Below are positions 12,530-25,029 of a stretch of DNA of 64,000 nt, one piece after another. The notes beneath the pieces were generated by a model that was given only the letters and a program-made list of their open reading frames with translations, searched no databases and had not been told where the DNA came from. Position 1 is the stretch's first letter. Each line of letters opens with the position of its first letter. Position numbers and translations under genes: made by a program. Source of the DNA: Cycas panzhihuaensis (lineage: Eukaryota > Plantae > Cycadophyta); assembly GCA_023213395.1 (NCBI GenBank), contig CM041465.1, forward strand, positions 212,977,741-213,041,740. The letters run 5' to 3'.

Positions 12530-13482
12530 AAAGTCTAGAAGTTTCTTAGCATGTCAAAGGTTTACAAGTAAAGAAAGGCTTATTGCTCTACCCCTAAAAC
12601 TAGTCTTTTTAGAATATCCTTTTGAGAAATGAGGCTTGGACTTTATTAGTCTAATAAAACCTCATTCAAGTAGAGGAAATTCCTTTCTTATCATTGTTAC
12701 AAACAACTTTACCATATGGTTAGAGGTTATCCATATAAAAGGACCAACAACAACAATGATTATAATCAAATTTTTGGAGTTTTAATACCCAAGTTTTGAG
12801 TTCTAACATATTTAGTTTCTAATAATGAACTTGAATTCATTTTTTATCAAATGTTGAGGTCTTGTTAGAAGTTTTGAATCAATATTAGCACCTCATCAAA
12901 TTACTATCCTTAAGGAAATGGTCTTACAAAATCAACATGCATGAACTTGGTAAGAATTTTAAAAAGGACTATCATATAAAACAAAAGGAATTAAAATGAA
13001 AAGTTCATTTAAGCTTCATGGGTTAGTAGGATCACAATAAAGTGGGCTATTAGTTATTCTCCATGTCTTCTTTCTTATGGTAAGGAGGCCATTCTTCCTC
13101 TTCATTTGGCTTATAAAAATTAACATCTAACTACTTTTGAGAAAGACATGCAACTCGTTGAAAGAAGACTACAAGACCTCATTATCTTAGAAGAAATAAG
13201 TCAAGAAGTAGAAGACATACTCCATCTTAATTAGGCCAAAGTAAAGAAATAATTTAACAAGTTTATTGCAGGTAACAAAAACATTCAAATTTATGATAAA
13301 GTCTTGATGTGGGACAAAGCTAGAGAAAAGTTAGATGCTCATCATAGTTTTGATAGTTTATAGTTTGGACCATTAGAGATTACAAATAGAGTAGGGATAA
13401 CACTTTCAAGCTCAAGGACTTAGATAGAAGAATGTTACCCATGCTAGTCAATGGGATCTACTTGAAGCATTTTATTTCTTAG
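12530..13482 (+). mobile_element. Decayed non-chromovirus (Tat/Athila-like) gypsy integrase, interrupted upstream by the chromovirus
   Basis: CQRF...LPLKLVFLEYPFEK*GLDFI...IIVTNNFTIWLEVI and C-terminal LPMLVNGIYLKHF. Confidence 0.75.
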
Positions 13483-16400
13483 TCTTTATTATACTTTCAA
13501 TTAGTTTCATATATGGTCACCATATAGATTTTATACTTAGTTTAGGATTTATTCTCAATTTGTAGTTACTTTTATTCAACACGATGAGGGTTAGGCAAAA
13601 GCAAAGAGGCAATATATTAGGCATTTTTCTTACCTTATTAGAAAAAGGAAAAAAAAAAATTATAATTAAAAGGCCATGTAAATGGTTATATACTTTGTAA
13701 TTAGGGGGTAGTTATTATAGGACTTAGTCAAATTTTGGTTCTTTAATTATAATGTTTTATGTATAAGTGCTTAAGTATTTAAGTTTGTCTGTTAGTAGAC
13801 TTTAGGTCTTTTTATAACTTGTGATTTTATAATTTGAAGGACAAAGTGGTTCAACATCAGAACTTTGAAATAATAGTAGACAATTATTAATCTAGTTCAA
13901 TTCTCTAGAGGTCGTAAAGGGAAGACACAATTGATCATGGCACTTAGACACATGGATAGATATCATTACTAACTAGGACATAATGAGTATTTAATGTTGT
14001 TAATGTGGCATTTAAACAACAAGAGTTACCATTAATAGAAATTTGTTGATTCTCTAGTGGACCTTAAGGATTAAGTAGCATTAAGGAACCTTCTCTATTG
14101 TATCCTATAAGTAGTTCCTATATATCATGGTAATCTTATTAGGATAAACATTCTTCATCAAGATGGCCTTATTATTAAACACATGTTAATGGCACCTATG
14201 CGAGTATTAAATGTAGGTGAATTGAAATTAATGAGTATTAGGTATGATATTTAAATAGATATTTCATGTGAGTTATTGATCTTGAGTTTTATTTCATATG
14301 GTTTAGATATTATATGTGGCAAAGGCTTAATGTTTAAAGCATTAATGGGGAATTAGGATGTGGGGCTCACTAAGTAACTTAACTCACATGATTGATAAAT
14401 GTTTTACTTTACAAATTAAGAGTGCCTTCATTAAGTCATTTTAACAAACACTTTGTAGACATGGTTAATATACCCCTCCCTCCTAAAAAAAAAACATTAT
14501 CAAGCACTAGTCAAGCAACCAGATTTCATCATTCAGTCACTGATAAATGCATAGATTTTGTTGAATGCCAAGATTTTAGTAAAGTGGAATTATAATAAAG
14601 AAGTTATTGATTAGTTAGGTCTCGTCAATTAAGTTATGATGATCACCTATAATGATAGTCAAAATTGACTAAATTAATGGCTTAGGTAAAGGGTTTATAT
14701 TACAGTAATTAAGATGGCCATTTCTTAATATTGAGATGGATAGTTAATGTTTACATTAACTCTATGGCACCTAAATAACCTATAGTAATTTTGCAATGCA
14801 AAAATTAATACTTGGCACCATAAATATTGCTTAAATAAATGATATTTTGAATGTAATATTTTTTTTCTCAGTAATTATTGGTGGCTAAAATTCTACTAAG
14901 ACCTAGTTATGTAGGTAGTTGATGGTAGTTAGATTGAGAAAGTTTATATAAAATACACTAGAACAAATGATTAAGGGGACATAATTTGTCTAATTAGTAT
15001 ACTTAGTGATGAATCAAGGTATTACTCTATTTTTTTTTCTCTAGTTTTTTTAGCTTTTCATGATCCATTTTCATTTAATTTTGGTTTGAAATTATTAGAC
15101 AATTAGGTGCCATTGAAGGAAAGACCCCTGTAACCAATCCAAAGCAACTGGGGCTTGAATTTATTTCATGTATTAAGTGCATTTTATAGATAATACTTGA
15201 TGTAGATGTGAGGTCTTTATTTTTTACTGAATAAATACATTTGCATTTGGTTTAATCAATTTGTTATATTCTTTTTTTAGAATATTTAGTTGATTGTGAT
15301 TTAATAAGGTTTAATTTGGTGTTATCCAATGAATTTCTCTCTTGAATAATAGAGAATTTAGTGTTGTTGATAAAATAATTGCTTACTTGGATCTCACAGT
15401 ATCATTATTTTGGTAACAACATGAAAGTAATCCTCTGAAGCTAGGATTGGTGCTAGTTTTAGATGTTTCCTTTTGTCTCCTTCATTTCATTCTTACTTCT
15501 ATTTCAACCCTTTATAAAACCAAAAATATACAAAAATAAAAGGAGAGAAAATAAAATAAAATATAAAAGTATCAGGTTTCATTAAAGTTCTATCCCATTT
15601 ATTTAAACATTTATTATTATATATGTTATATCATATTTTCAAATTTAATTAAAAGCCAAAAGAGAGACTATATAAAGCAAGCAAGCAAGCTACCTTTGGT
15701 TGATCCTAAGTAATTATGTCAAAGTCTCATAGAATACTTGTAAACCATCTAATTATAATCACTAATTAGGGAGGGTATAATCATGAAGGTCAATAAAAAG
15801 GATGTCAAATTTGATGAATAAGGCTTAAGTTCCCACTCAACTAGTGATTATGTTTGTTCACCCTTATTAACTACTAAAGTAACACTTGATTTAAATGAAT
15901 ATAATCCTTTAGTTTCTAGTTAACGACACTCCATTAAAAAGGAGGTTTGTAACCTATAACAACAACTTCTAACACTTATACTCAATGATTTTAGCATAGA
16001 TAATCAAAGTAATTCTTAACTTGCATCTACTAACTCTGCTAATAAAAGTTCACACACTTATAGGCAGTTAACATAGGTAAAGAAAATCCTTACAACTATT
16101 GGTCTTGATATCAATGATCCTTTAGATACTCTAAGAACTATAGGTCTTAACAACTTTAGGCTAACTTTACCCTTATGGCTAAAGTTATATCTTGAATTGA
16201 CCTATAAAGTTTTAATGAAGCCAAAGATAATCTAACCTAGAAAATAATTATGAATGTTTAATATGATGCTTTCCATTTTAGACTTAGTTCTTCTTCCTTA
16301 TGGAAATAACTTAGTTAGGTATAAATAGGTTTATTATTCTAAGTATAATTCTAATAATGATATAGAAAAACACAAAGGTAAGTTAGTTAAAAAATGTTTT

Positions 16401-17099
16401 TCCTAGGTTGATGGGATTGACTACAATGAAACCTTTGCACCTATCACTCAAATGAATATAATTAAAATCATTATATCTTTAGTAGTCAAGTTTGGCTAGG
16501 AAATTTATCAAACAGACATAAATAGTAACTTTATAAATGGAAACTTGGTTGGAGAGATCTATATTACTTAATCACCTATTTTTATTTTTTATCCTAACTT
16601 AGTTCCTTATGAAAATAGGTACAGGCATAATGTCACAGGATCACAAAGACAGAAAAAATATAGGAAAAATACATTGTATAAGTACACATAATTTGCTAGG
16701 TGGAAAACCCCTTCTGGGGAAGAAAAACCACCTCCTAATCTAAAATTTTATTAAGAGTAAAAGCTATACATAAAACCATAAGTAAACCACCTACATATGA
16801 TAAAACCAGCCTTTAAAAAAGGCTCTGGATAACCTCCTAGATTCTCAGAACCACCTCCTTGAATCTAGGAGAAGATATTAATAACAAGAAAGGTTCGTTG
16901 AAATGGGCAGTTGTGCATTTCAACGACCTTTCACATAATGATTAAATAAAGGCTAAACTTTAAATATTAGAATCACTTAAATATAAATTTACACATGTGA
17001 CTTAAATAAAACATAATAATAGCATAAAGGTAACATTAATAATCCTAACATCCCTCTTTAATGTTAACTTTTATAATATAGAAAAAGAAGGTCTTCATC

Positions 17100-20000
17100 A
17101 CATTAATCTCCCTTTGATGGAGACTTCTTTTATTTTTAACAAATCTCATAGGTTTAGAAACTTGACTTCAGTTAAAAACTTTGTGAGTATGTTAGCAACC
17201 TATAGATCTGTAGGACAATAAGACAAATAAACAATGTTATCAGTAACAAGATTACGAATAAAATACTGATGTAATTCTATATGTTTAGTTCTAGAATGTG
17301 CTACTAGATTTGTAGCAATAGTAATGGCACATTGATTATCAACTTTAAGTTCAATGGAAGAGTTAGAAGACAGACCAATTTTATTTAGAAGAGATTTAAG
17401 CCAAAGTGCTTCTTTGCTGGCTTCAACAAGTGCACGATATTCAGCTTCAGTCATTGATAGAGCTAGTGCCTGCATTTTCTTACTAGACCAAGTAATAGGT
17501 GAATAATCCATAAAAAATACATAACTTGATGTAGAGATCATTTGTATCACCTACCCAATCAAAATTAGTATATCCTATTAAAGTTAAAGGTTTACTATAA
17601 AAATTATAAGTTAGTCCATAAAAAATAGTGTTTTGAAGATATCGTAATATACGTTTAGCAGCTTTCCAATGTGATTCATGTGGTTGTTGCATATAACGTG
17701 AACATAAAGTGATAGCATGTGATATATCAGGGTGGGTATGAGTTAGATAAATAAGACTACTAATTAGTTATCTATATAATATTAGATCACATAAAGGTGT
17801 GGAACAATCAGTAGATAGTTTTACTCCTAATTGTAACGGATTAGAGACAGGTTTAGCATTTTCCATGTTAAACCGTTGAATTAAGTATAAAATATATTTA
17901 GGTTGAGATATAGTTATTTTTTAATCATGTTGATAAATTTGTAATCCAAGAAAATAATGTAGAATGCCTAAATCGGTCATTTCAAATTTATTCATTAAAG
18001 TAGATTTTAAATGATGAATGTTATTAGTTGATGATCTAGTGATTATAATATCATCAATATACATGATTAAAATAGTAATATTTTTATTTTCACATTTGAA
18101 ATAAAGATTTGGATCACTAATACATCTAGTATATCTAATTTTAATTAGATAATCGTCAACTTTAGTATACCAAGCTTGAGGAGTTTGTTTTAATCCATAA
18201 ATTGATTTCTTTAGTTTACAAACTAAATTAGGATTACCAATAAAGCTAGGTCACTATGACATGTAGATCTCTTCTTTGAGATCACCATTCAGAAATGCAC
18301 TCTTTACATCCATTTGATGGATTTCCTAACCAAACTTGGTTGTGAGAGCAATAATTATTTTAATTGTATTCATTTTTGCAACAGGGGCAAAGGTTTCGTT
18401 ATAATCTATGCCATCAATTTGAGAAAATCTTTTTGCAACTAGGCTAGCTTTATATTTTTCAACTGCGCATGTTAAGTTGTATTTTGTTCTATAAACCCAT
18501 TTACAGTCAACTACATTTTTCTGAAGTAGGAGTGGTATAAGATCCCAAGTTAAATTTTTAATTAGAGCATCAAATTCAACTTGCATAGCTTCCTACCATA
18601 CAGGATTATTGCTAGCTTGTTTAAAGGTTTTAGGATCATTATTGTCCATTATTTTAGCCATTAAGACATAGTTAGTATATAATTTTTGGGCAAGTGTTCG
18701 CCTGGTATCTGAAGGATTACCTACATCAGATCCAGTGTCAATAAGTATTTTCTTTGCCCATACAAGCTATTTGTTGATAATTATTTTTGTAGTTATAGGT
18801 TGAGTTGAGGAGCTAGCTTGAAAAGAAGAGTCTATTTCAGTAGGTTCAGATAGAGTCCAATTCTAGACTTGAGTAGATAAGGATTCTATGATTTCAAGGT
18901 CAACTTATTTATCGAAGGGGTTAACCAAATTGGTGTTGGTTAACAAATTTTCAACCGGAAGTTCTACATAGGTAGAGGTTGAAGAAGATCCTTCTTCATC
19001 AAATATTACATCACGTAAAATTAAAATTTGATGTGTGACTGAATCCAAAAGTCTATAAGCTTTACTTTCTTCGTTGTATCCAACGAAGATATATTTTTGA
19101 CTCTTAGGATCTAGTTTCTTATATTTTTCTTTGGAAACGTATCCCCACATAATACTTCCAAAGATTCGTAAATGATTGACTAAAGGTTTTCTTCCAGACC
19201 ATTTTTGTTCTGGAGTAACATTTTATAGGCATTTACTAGGTAGATGATTTAGAATATAGTTGGAGCAGTTAATTGCTTCAACCCACAACTTTAGGTCAAG
19301 GTTCTTTGTATGTAACATGTAATGAGTCATCTTAACAAGAGTGTAGTTTTTGCATTCAGCAACATCGTTTTATTGAGGAGTGTATACAACAGAATACTGA
19401 AGATGAATTTCGTACTTTTTATAAAAGGAAGTGAATTTACCACTTAAGTATTCCTTGGCATTATCAGATCTAAAAATTTTAATTTTTGAGTTTGATTAGT
19501 TTTCAACAGGCGTTTTGAATTCAACGAAAATATCAAACACTTAACTACATGTTTTGAGTGTGTAAACCCAACATTTTATTAAAAAATTATCAATAAATGT
19601 GACAAAATAATGAGAGCTAGAATATGATGTTACATGAAAAGGTCCACATATGTCAGAGTGAACAAGTTCAAGTGGAACTTTCACTTTGAATTGAGTTTTA
19701 TATGGAAATAGGTCCATGTGTTGCTTACCTATTACACAGGCTTCGCAGACACCATAAATAGTATTTTAAGGATGGAAGACCATGAACCATGTCATGTCTT
19801 TTTAGATATTAAAATTTTCTATAACTAGTATGACCAAATCGTGCATGCTAAAGTTTACTAACTGAGTCAGATTTGGCAATAAAGGCACTGAAAGATTTTG
19901 TTTTGTTATTTTCTAGACTTGTTAAACTATAGAGACCTATGCTATGTTCAACAGGTCCTAAGGCAATATGTTTAAATTTGTTTGATGGCTCTTTAATGAT

Positions 20001-21309
20001 AAATTTAACTTTCCAGAATTTGACAACAAGATCTTTTTGGCAGATTTGATAAATAGAAAGTAGGTTTGGTACTAAACTAGGTACGTAAAAGATGTCATTT
20101 ATTGAACCATCTTTTAAGGTAACATCACTTGATCCTTTTACTTTAAGTTAGGTTCCACTTCCAAAATAAATCTCTTCTTTAGAGTTAGTTTCTGATTAAT
20201 AAGTGGATAAGTTTTTCTCGTATCCTATCATGTGATGGGATGCACCATAGTCAAGGATCCCTTATGCTAGTTGATTAGTTAGGGTAACAAATGCAAAAGT
20301 TATTGCCGTTAGAGAACGATTATGAGTTTGTCGATTTTTTGGTCAGGATTGAGGTCAGTTTTGCAATCCCTTGGAAGCTTTCCATGCTTTCGAAGCTATT
20401 CTACTTCTACAGAAATAAATAGTGTGGCCTCTTTTATGACAATAGGCACAACTAGTGTTCTGAGAAGGATTTACATTGTTCCAATTAGAAAATGACTGAT
20501 TAGAAGTATTCTGATGTTTAGATGGACCAAAATACTTAATATTATTTTGAGAGTTAGGTGGTGAACCTCTATGAGGTTTCTAAAATTTTGGATTACTATT
20601 AAAATTGTTCAGATGTTTACTTTTATTTTGTGGCTTAGTTTTAGAAAACAAAGCCTAGGAAGTATCTTTCAATATGCCTTTTTGAATTAACATCGTTTGA
20701 TGTTCTATCAATTGGTTTGTCAATTGATTGAATGTTATAGGAGGATTGCTAGCTTGTTGTCTAGCAGTTTTAAAAAAATTAAAATGTTCTGAAAATTTAT
20801 TTATTGCAAGACATACGAGTATCGTCATCTTTAGCATGCATGATTTTTTATTCAGTATCACCTACTTTGGTTTTGGATTTAATACAGCTACCTAGGTCTT
20901 TATTAATTAGTTAAATTTTACATCAAAAATCCTCAACTTTAGAAAAATCGTCATAAGTGAGGTCATACAATTATTGTTCTAAGATAGCCAATTGATTTAT
21001 ATCGACCTTATCATATTTTTCCTACAGAGTGTTCCAAATAGTGGCAAGATCGTCTGTTTCAGAAAACTACCGACTGATTTCTGGTGAAAGTGAGTTCAGG
21101 ATAGTGCCTAGGGCTAAATCTAAGTTCATCAGATATACCATATAACTATCTGAAGTTGCATTAGTTAGTTTTTTAAATTCACCTATCACATATCGCCATA
21201 TCTTTTACTGTTTAAGCTGATGGGATATGCGATTCATCCAATCAGCATAATTTAAGCTTGTTAAAACTAGAATTGGAACGCAGGTGGTTGTTCCTGGCAT
21301 TAAATCCAT
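17100..21309 (-). pseudogene. Copia gag-pol of element B (stops and frameshifts)
   Basis: KLDPKSQKYIFVGY (INT C-terminus), KWVYRTK...GIDYNETFAPVA (RT), WKAAKRILRYL, EAEY..HSRTKHIE (RNase H). Confidence 0.92.
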
Positions 21310-21422
21310 ATTGGAAATTGAGTTTGTTTGAAGATTGAAAGATATAAGAGTAGGTGCAAAGAAATAATCACTAAGTAAGGTTACCAAACATTAGATTAAT
21401 ATTTTATAGTTATGATTAAAGA

Positions 21423-22829
21423 CTGAAAAACATAATAGGATAAATAAATACCTTTCCCCTTAAAAAGAATTATATGTTTCCATTTTCCTTAGAAGATAAA
21501 TAGTCTCTCTTAATCCTTAAAAAAAAAAAATAGTCTCCCTTGACCTAAATAGTCCCCCTTAAAAAATAAGTGTTTTCTTTAGATTCCTTTATTATTATTT
21601 TACTTTTGTTAAGTAACAAATAATAAAGTATAAAATATATTAATTTAAAAAAAACTAATGAGTAATTTAAGTATCTTAAAATGAAAATGATGTTGAAGAT
21701 GTAAAACTAATTTAGTTTAATTTACAAGTTATATATATATATATATATATATATATGAAGATTAATAATAAAAAAGGAGGGATTGATTGTCCTTAGTTAA
21801 TTAGGCTTTATTTAAAAGAATATAAGTATATAAATGTATTTATAAATTATAATAAAGAAAGAATTAATTTTTAAGAAGTAATGAGAGAGGAATGGTTTAT
21901 TTATATACCAATTATAATGTTAAGAAAAAAATTGAAGGGGAGGGGTTGATTTGATTTATAAACTAAGTGTTATAGGAGGGAGGGGTTGCACATTAAATTT
22001 ACCTTAAGGTTGTATTGAATATATATATATCAGGTACAAAATAATCAAGGAGGAGTGAATTAATTTTACCTAAGTTAATTAGGTTTTATTTGAGAAAGTA
22101 TATATTTAAATATATCCATATAAATAATACTGAGAGAGGATTAAAGGTTATAATTACCTTATTGTAATAAAAAGAAGATTAATTTTAAGAAGAAGTGAAG
22201 GGGGAATAGTTTATTTTAACATTAAGAAAAAATTATATATCACTTATAATGGAAGAAGATTAAATTATTAAGTGTGGGAGGGGGGAGGGGAAATTTAACA
22301 AGAATGAAGTTATAAATGTAAAGAGGGAAGGGTTGATATTTAAAAAGGTAAATCAAATGTAATAAAAATGAAATTAATAAAGGAGGAATAAATCAAGTAT
22401 GAAATAAAACAGAGAAAGGGTTAAATTATAAACCAAATGTTAAAAAAGGGGAGGTTTAATTTAATTTAAATATTAAGTGTTATAGAAGGGGGTTTATTTT
22501 AAATTTGTAAATTAAATGTTATATGGAGGAATAGAACAAAGTATAAGGAGGGGAAACTAATGTAATAAGAAGGTATTATTTTTTATTTTGCCTAAGATAT
22601 ATTAGAATTAAAGAACAGATTATGATTAAATGATAATGTGTAACACTTATTAAGATTTAAAAGGTTTATTTTTGTTTAACCTAAGGTTGTTTATATACAT
22701 ATAACTATATATATAAAAAATCGAATAAAATTAGGCGCGGACCTGACATTATTTTGGATTTTATAAAATAAAGAAAATTTAATAGAAAATTAGGGTCTAG
22801 GGGGGGTAAGGCGACGAAACCCTACTTAC
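21423..22829 (-). other. Putative intron in the leader of element B
   Basis: Minus-strand AG|GTAAGT at 22829, a pyrimidine-rich body, and TTTTTCAG acceptor at 21423-21430, ~115 nt upstream of the gag ATG. Confidence 0.45.
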
Positions 22830-23277
22830 CTAGTTCGTTCATTCGTGGCAGCTCCTCTTCAATGGCGGTTGGTTGCAGGTTGATCTTGGCGACGATGGCA
22901 TTCAATTCATCTTCAAGTTGAGGCGTTTGATTATTGTTCCTCTTTGTTTAGAGCGAGCGAGGCTCTTATGCAACTGGTGATGTGTATCAACATGATTTGT
23001 GAAAAGGGCATCTTCTCCGTCTACTTTGTTACAGCAAGGGTTTAATTATTGCTCCTTTGCATATGACTAGGATTCTTGGATGGCTACAGGTTTAATAATG
23101 CCTCTCTTTCAAACATTAAAAATGCCTTTGATAAGGCTCAGTTCTGGAAAATTCTTCTAACAGTATTTGTGATTTGGGATCATGCTTTTCTTCGTGGCGT
23201 GATGGTGTTTGAGGGTTTTGCACTCCTCCGTCTAGGCGTCCCCTAATCTTACTTCTTTTTTTTTTTATAGGTTTGTT

Positions 23278-23874
23278 GGATGGGGTGCTTTTACTCTTGC
23301 TACTAAATGGACTCTTTTGACAGAGGCCTTGATTATTCCAAAGCTTATTTTGGAAGCACGTTTCTAAAATAAATCTACTGCCACGTTATATGATAATGTG
23401 AATATTGAGGATATATCACCACTAGTTGATTGGCCTACACTTGCATACATACTTGTTGGGCATGAAGATTTGTCATCAACCACTATTGGCCACTCAATTT
23501 CAGTGAAGTCCCCATATAAAGTTAATTCTGTATCAGCTCATATAAATTTTATAGCTATGTCAGCACCATACATGCTACACCTACACTTTGTGATTGTCTC
23601 TTCATCCATAATTGATTTGCATGAAGTGGTTGATTATGAAATAAAAAAGGTGGATTCTGCTGGTGAAACAGTCACTGACGGCATGGAACATATGTTTAAC
23701 ACAACTACACAATTGTGATTTGGCTGTTATTTACGACTTACTGAGGTGAAGCAACTTTTGTATTCAGCAAGGCATGTGGCTCTCCAAATGGTTTATTCTC
23801 CTAAGGATCAATCTCAACAGGCGGCTCTATTTTAGCTAGTACAACGGACTACTACATTTCCATTTAAATGGGGA
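23278..23874 (+). pseudogene. APC1: Captured, intron-less, circularly permuted fragment of anaphase-promoting complex subunit 1
   Basis: One frame: GWGAFTLATKWTLLTEALIIPKLILEARF...NIEDI | SPLVDWPTLAYILVGHEDL...MSAPYMLHLH...DGMEHMFNTTTQL*FGCYLRLTEVKQLLYSARHV...LVQRTTTFPFKWG. Both blocks match APC1. Confidence 0.92.
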
Positions 23875-25029
23875 GTGAGTATATGCCACAATCTTTCATG
23901 ATGGTAGTCGAGGATAATACAGAAACTGAAACACAGAGAGGTCATATGCATCACCTCTGTAGATTCATATGATCATGCAACATGGATCTCGTATGCTGTA
24001 GCTTTGATACCTTGTGAAAATAGGTACAGGCACAATGTCATAGGATCATAAAGACAAAAAAAATACAGGAAAAAGACATTGCACAAGTACACATAATTTG
24101 CCAGGTGGAAAACCCCTTCTAGGGAAGGAAAACCACCTCCTAATCTAAACTTTTATTAAGAGGAAAATCTATACATAAAACCATAAGCAAACCACCTACG
24201 TATAATAAAACCAGCCTTTGAAAAAGGCTTTGGACAACCTCCTAGATTCTCGGAACCACCCCTTGAATCTAGGAGAAGATATTAATAACAAGAAAGGTTC
24301 GTTGAAATGGGCGATTACGCATTTCAACGACCTTTCACATAATGATTAAATAAAGGCTAAACTTTAAACATTAGAATCACTTAAATATAAATTTACACAT
24401 GTGACTTAAATAAAACATAATAATAACATAAAGGTAACATTAATAATCCTAACATTCCTAAACTTAAAGTCTCTTTATGGTATTAAATAAGGCCTTAGGG
24501 CTTGCTATGATAAAATTGATAAATATATCCTATAAATTAGCTCTAGTATATGTGTAGAGAAAATAATAATATTATTCTTTTAATTTCAAAAGAAAAAATA
24601 ATATTATTATTCTTTTACTTTTACATATTGATGATATTATTATTATTATTGATTCATTATTTCATAATTCTAATTTTAAAATATAACCTAATATTACATT
24701 TTAAAATGACTAACTTAGAATTACTTCATCTTTCCTTAGACTTCAAATATACTAAGAAAACTCAAGAATTTCTATTTTACGACTAAAATATATGTTAGAT
24801 TTGCTTAAAAGATTTAATATAGAAACTTGTAAGATAACCCCAACTCTTCTTCAATCATGAGTTAATCTTACTCTTAATTATGATTCTTCATTGGTCAATG
24901 GCACTTTGTACTAATAGTTAGTTGGCATCCTATTTTATTTAATCCATATACGTCCCAGTATATCTTATGTTGTTATTTTATATTCTTGGTTTATGTAAAA
25001 ACTACATGATTCACACTAATAAATCAAGT

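Larger units (their letters stand above)
16608..24454 (-). mobile_element. Element B: full-length decayed Ty1/copia with long leader carrying host cargo
   Basis: LTRs 16608-17050 and 24013-24454; perfect TSD TTCCT (16603-16607, 24455-24459); PBS 24001-24011; PPT 17051-17060; gag-PR-INT-RT-RH order. Confidence 0.95.
16050..25020 (+). mobile_element. Old copia RT remnant split by element B (16050-16607 and 24460-25020)
   Basis: DGIDYNETFAP before the insertion, then PNLVP|KLK.SLYG.K* continuing directly across the insertion site. Confidence 0.85.

Noticed and set aside
22817-22832. U1 snRNA 5' end or telomeric repeat
   Set aside because: Only tacttacct and a single aaaccct; better explained as a minus-strand splice donor.
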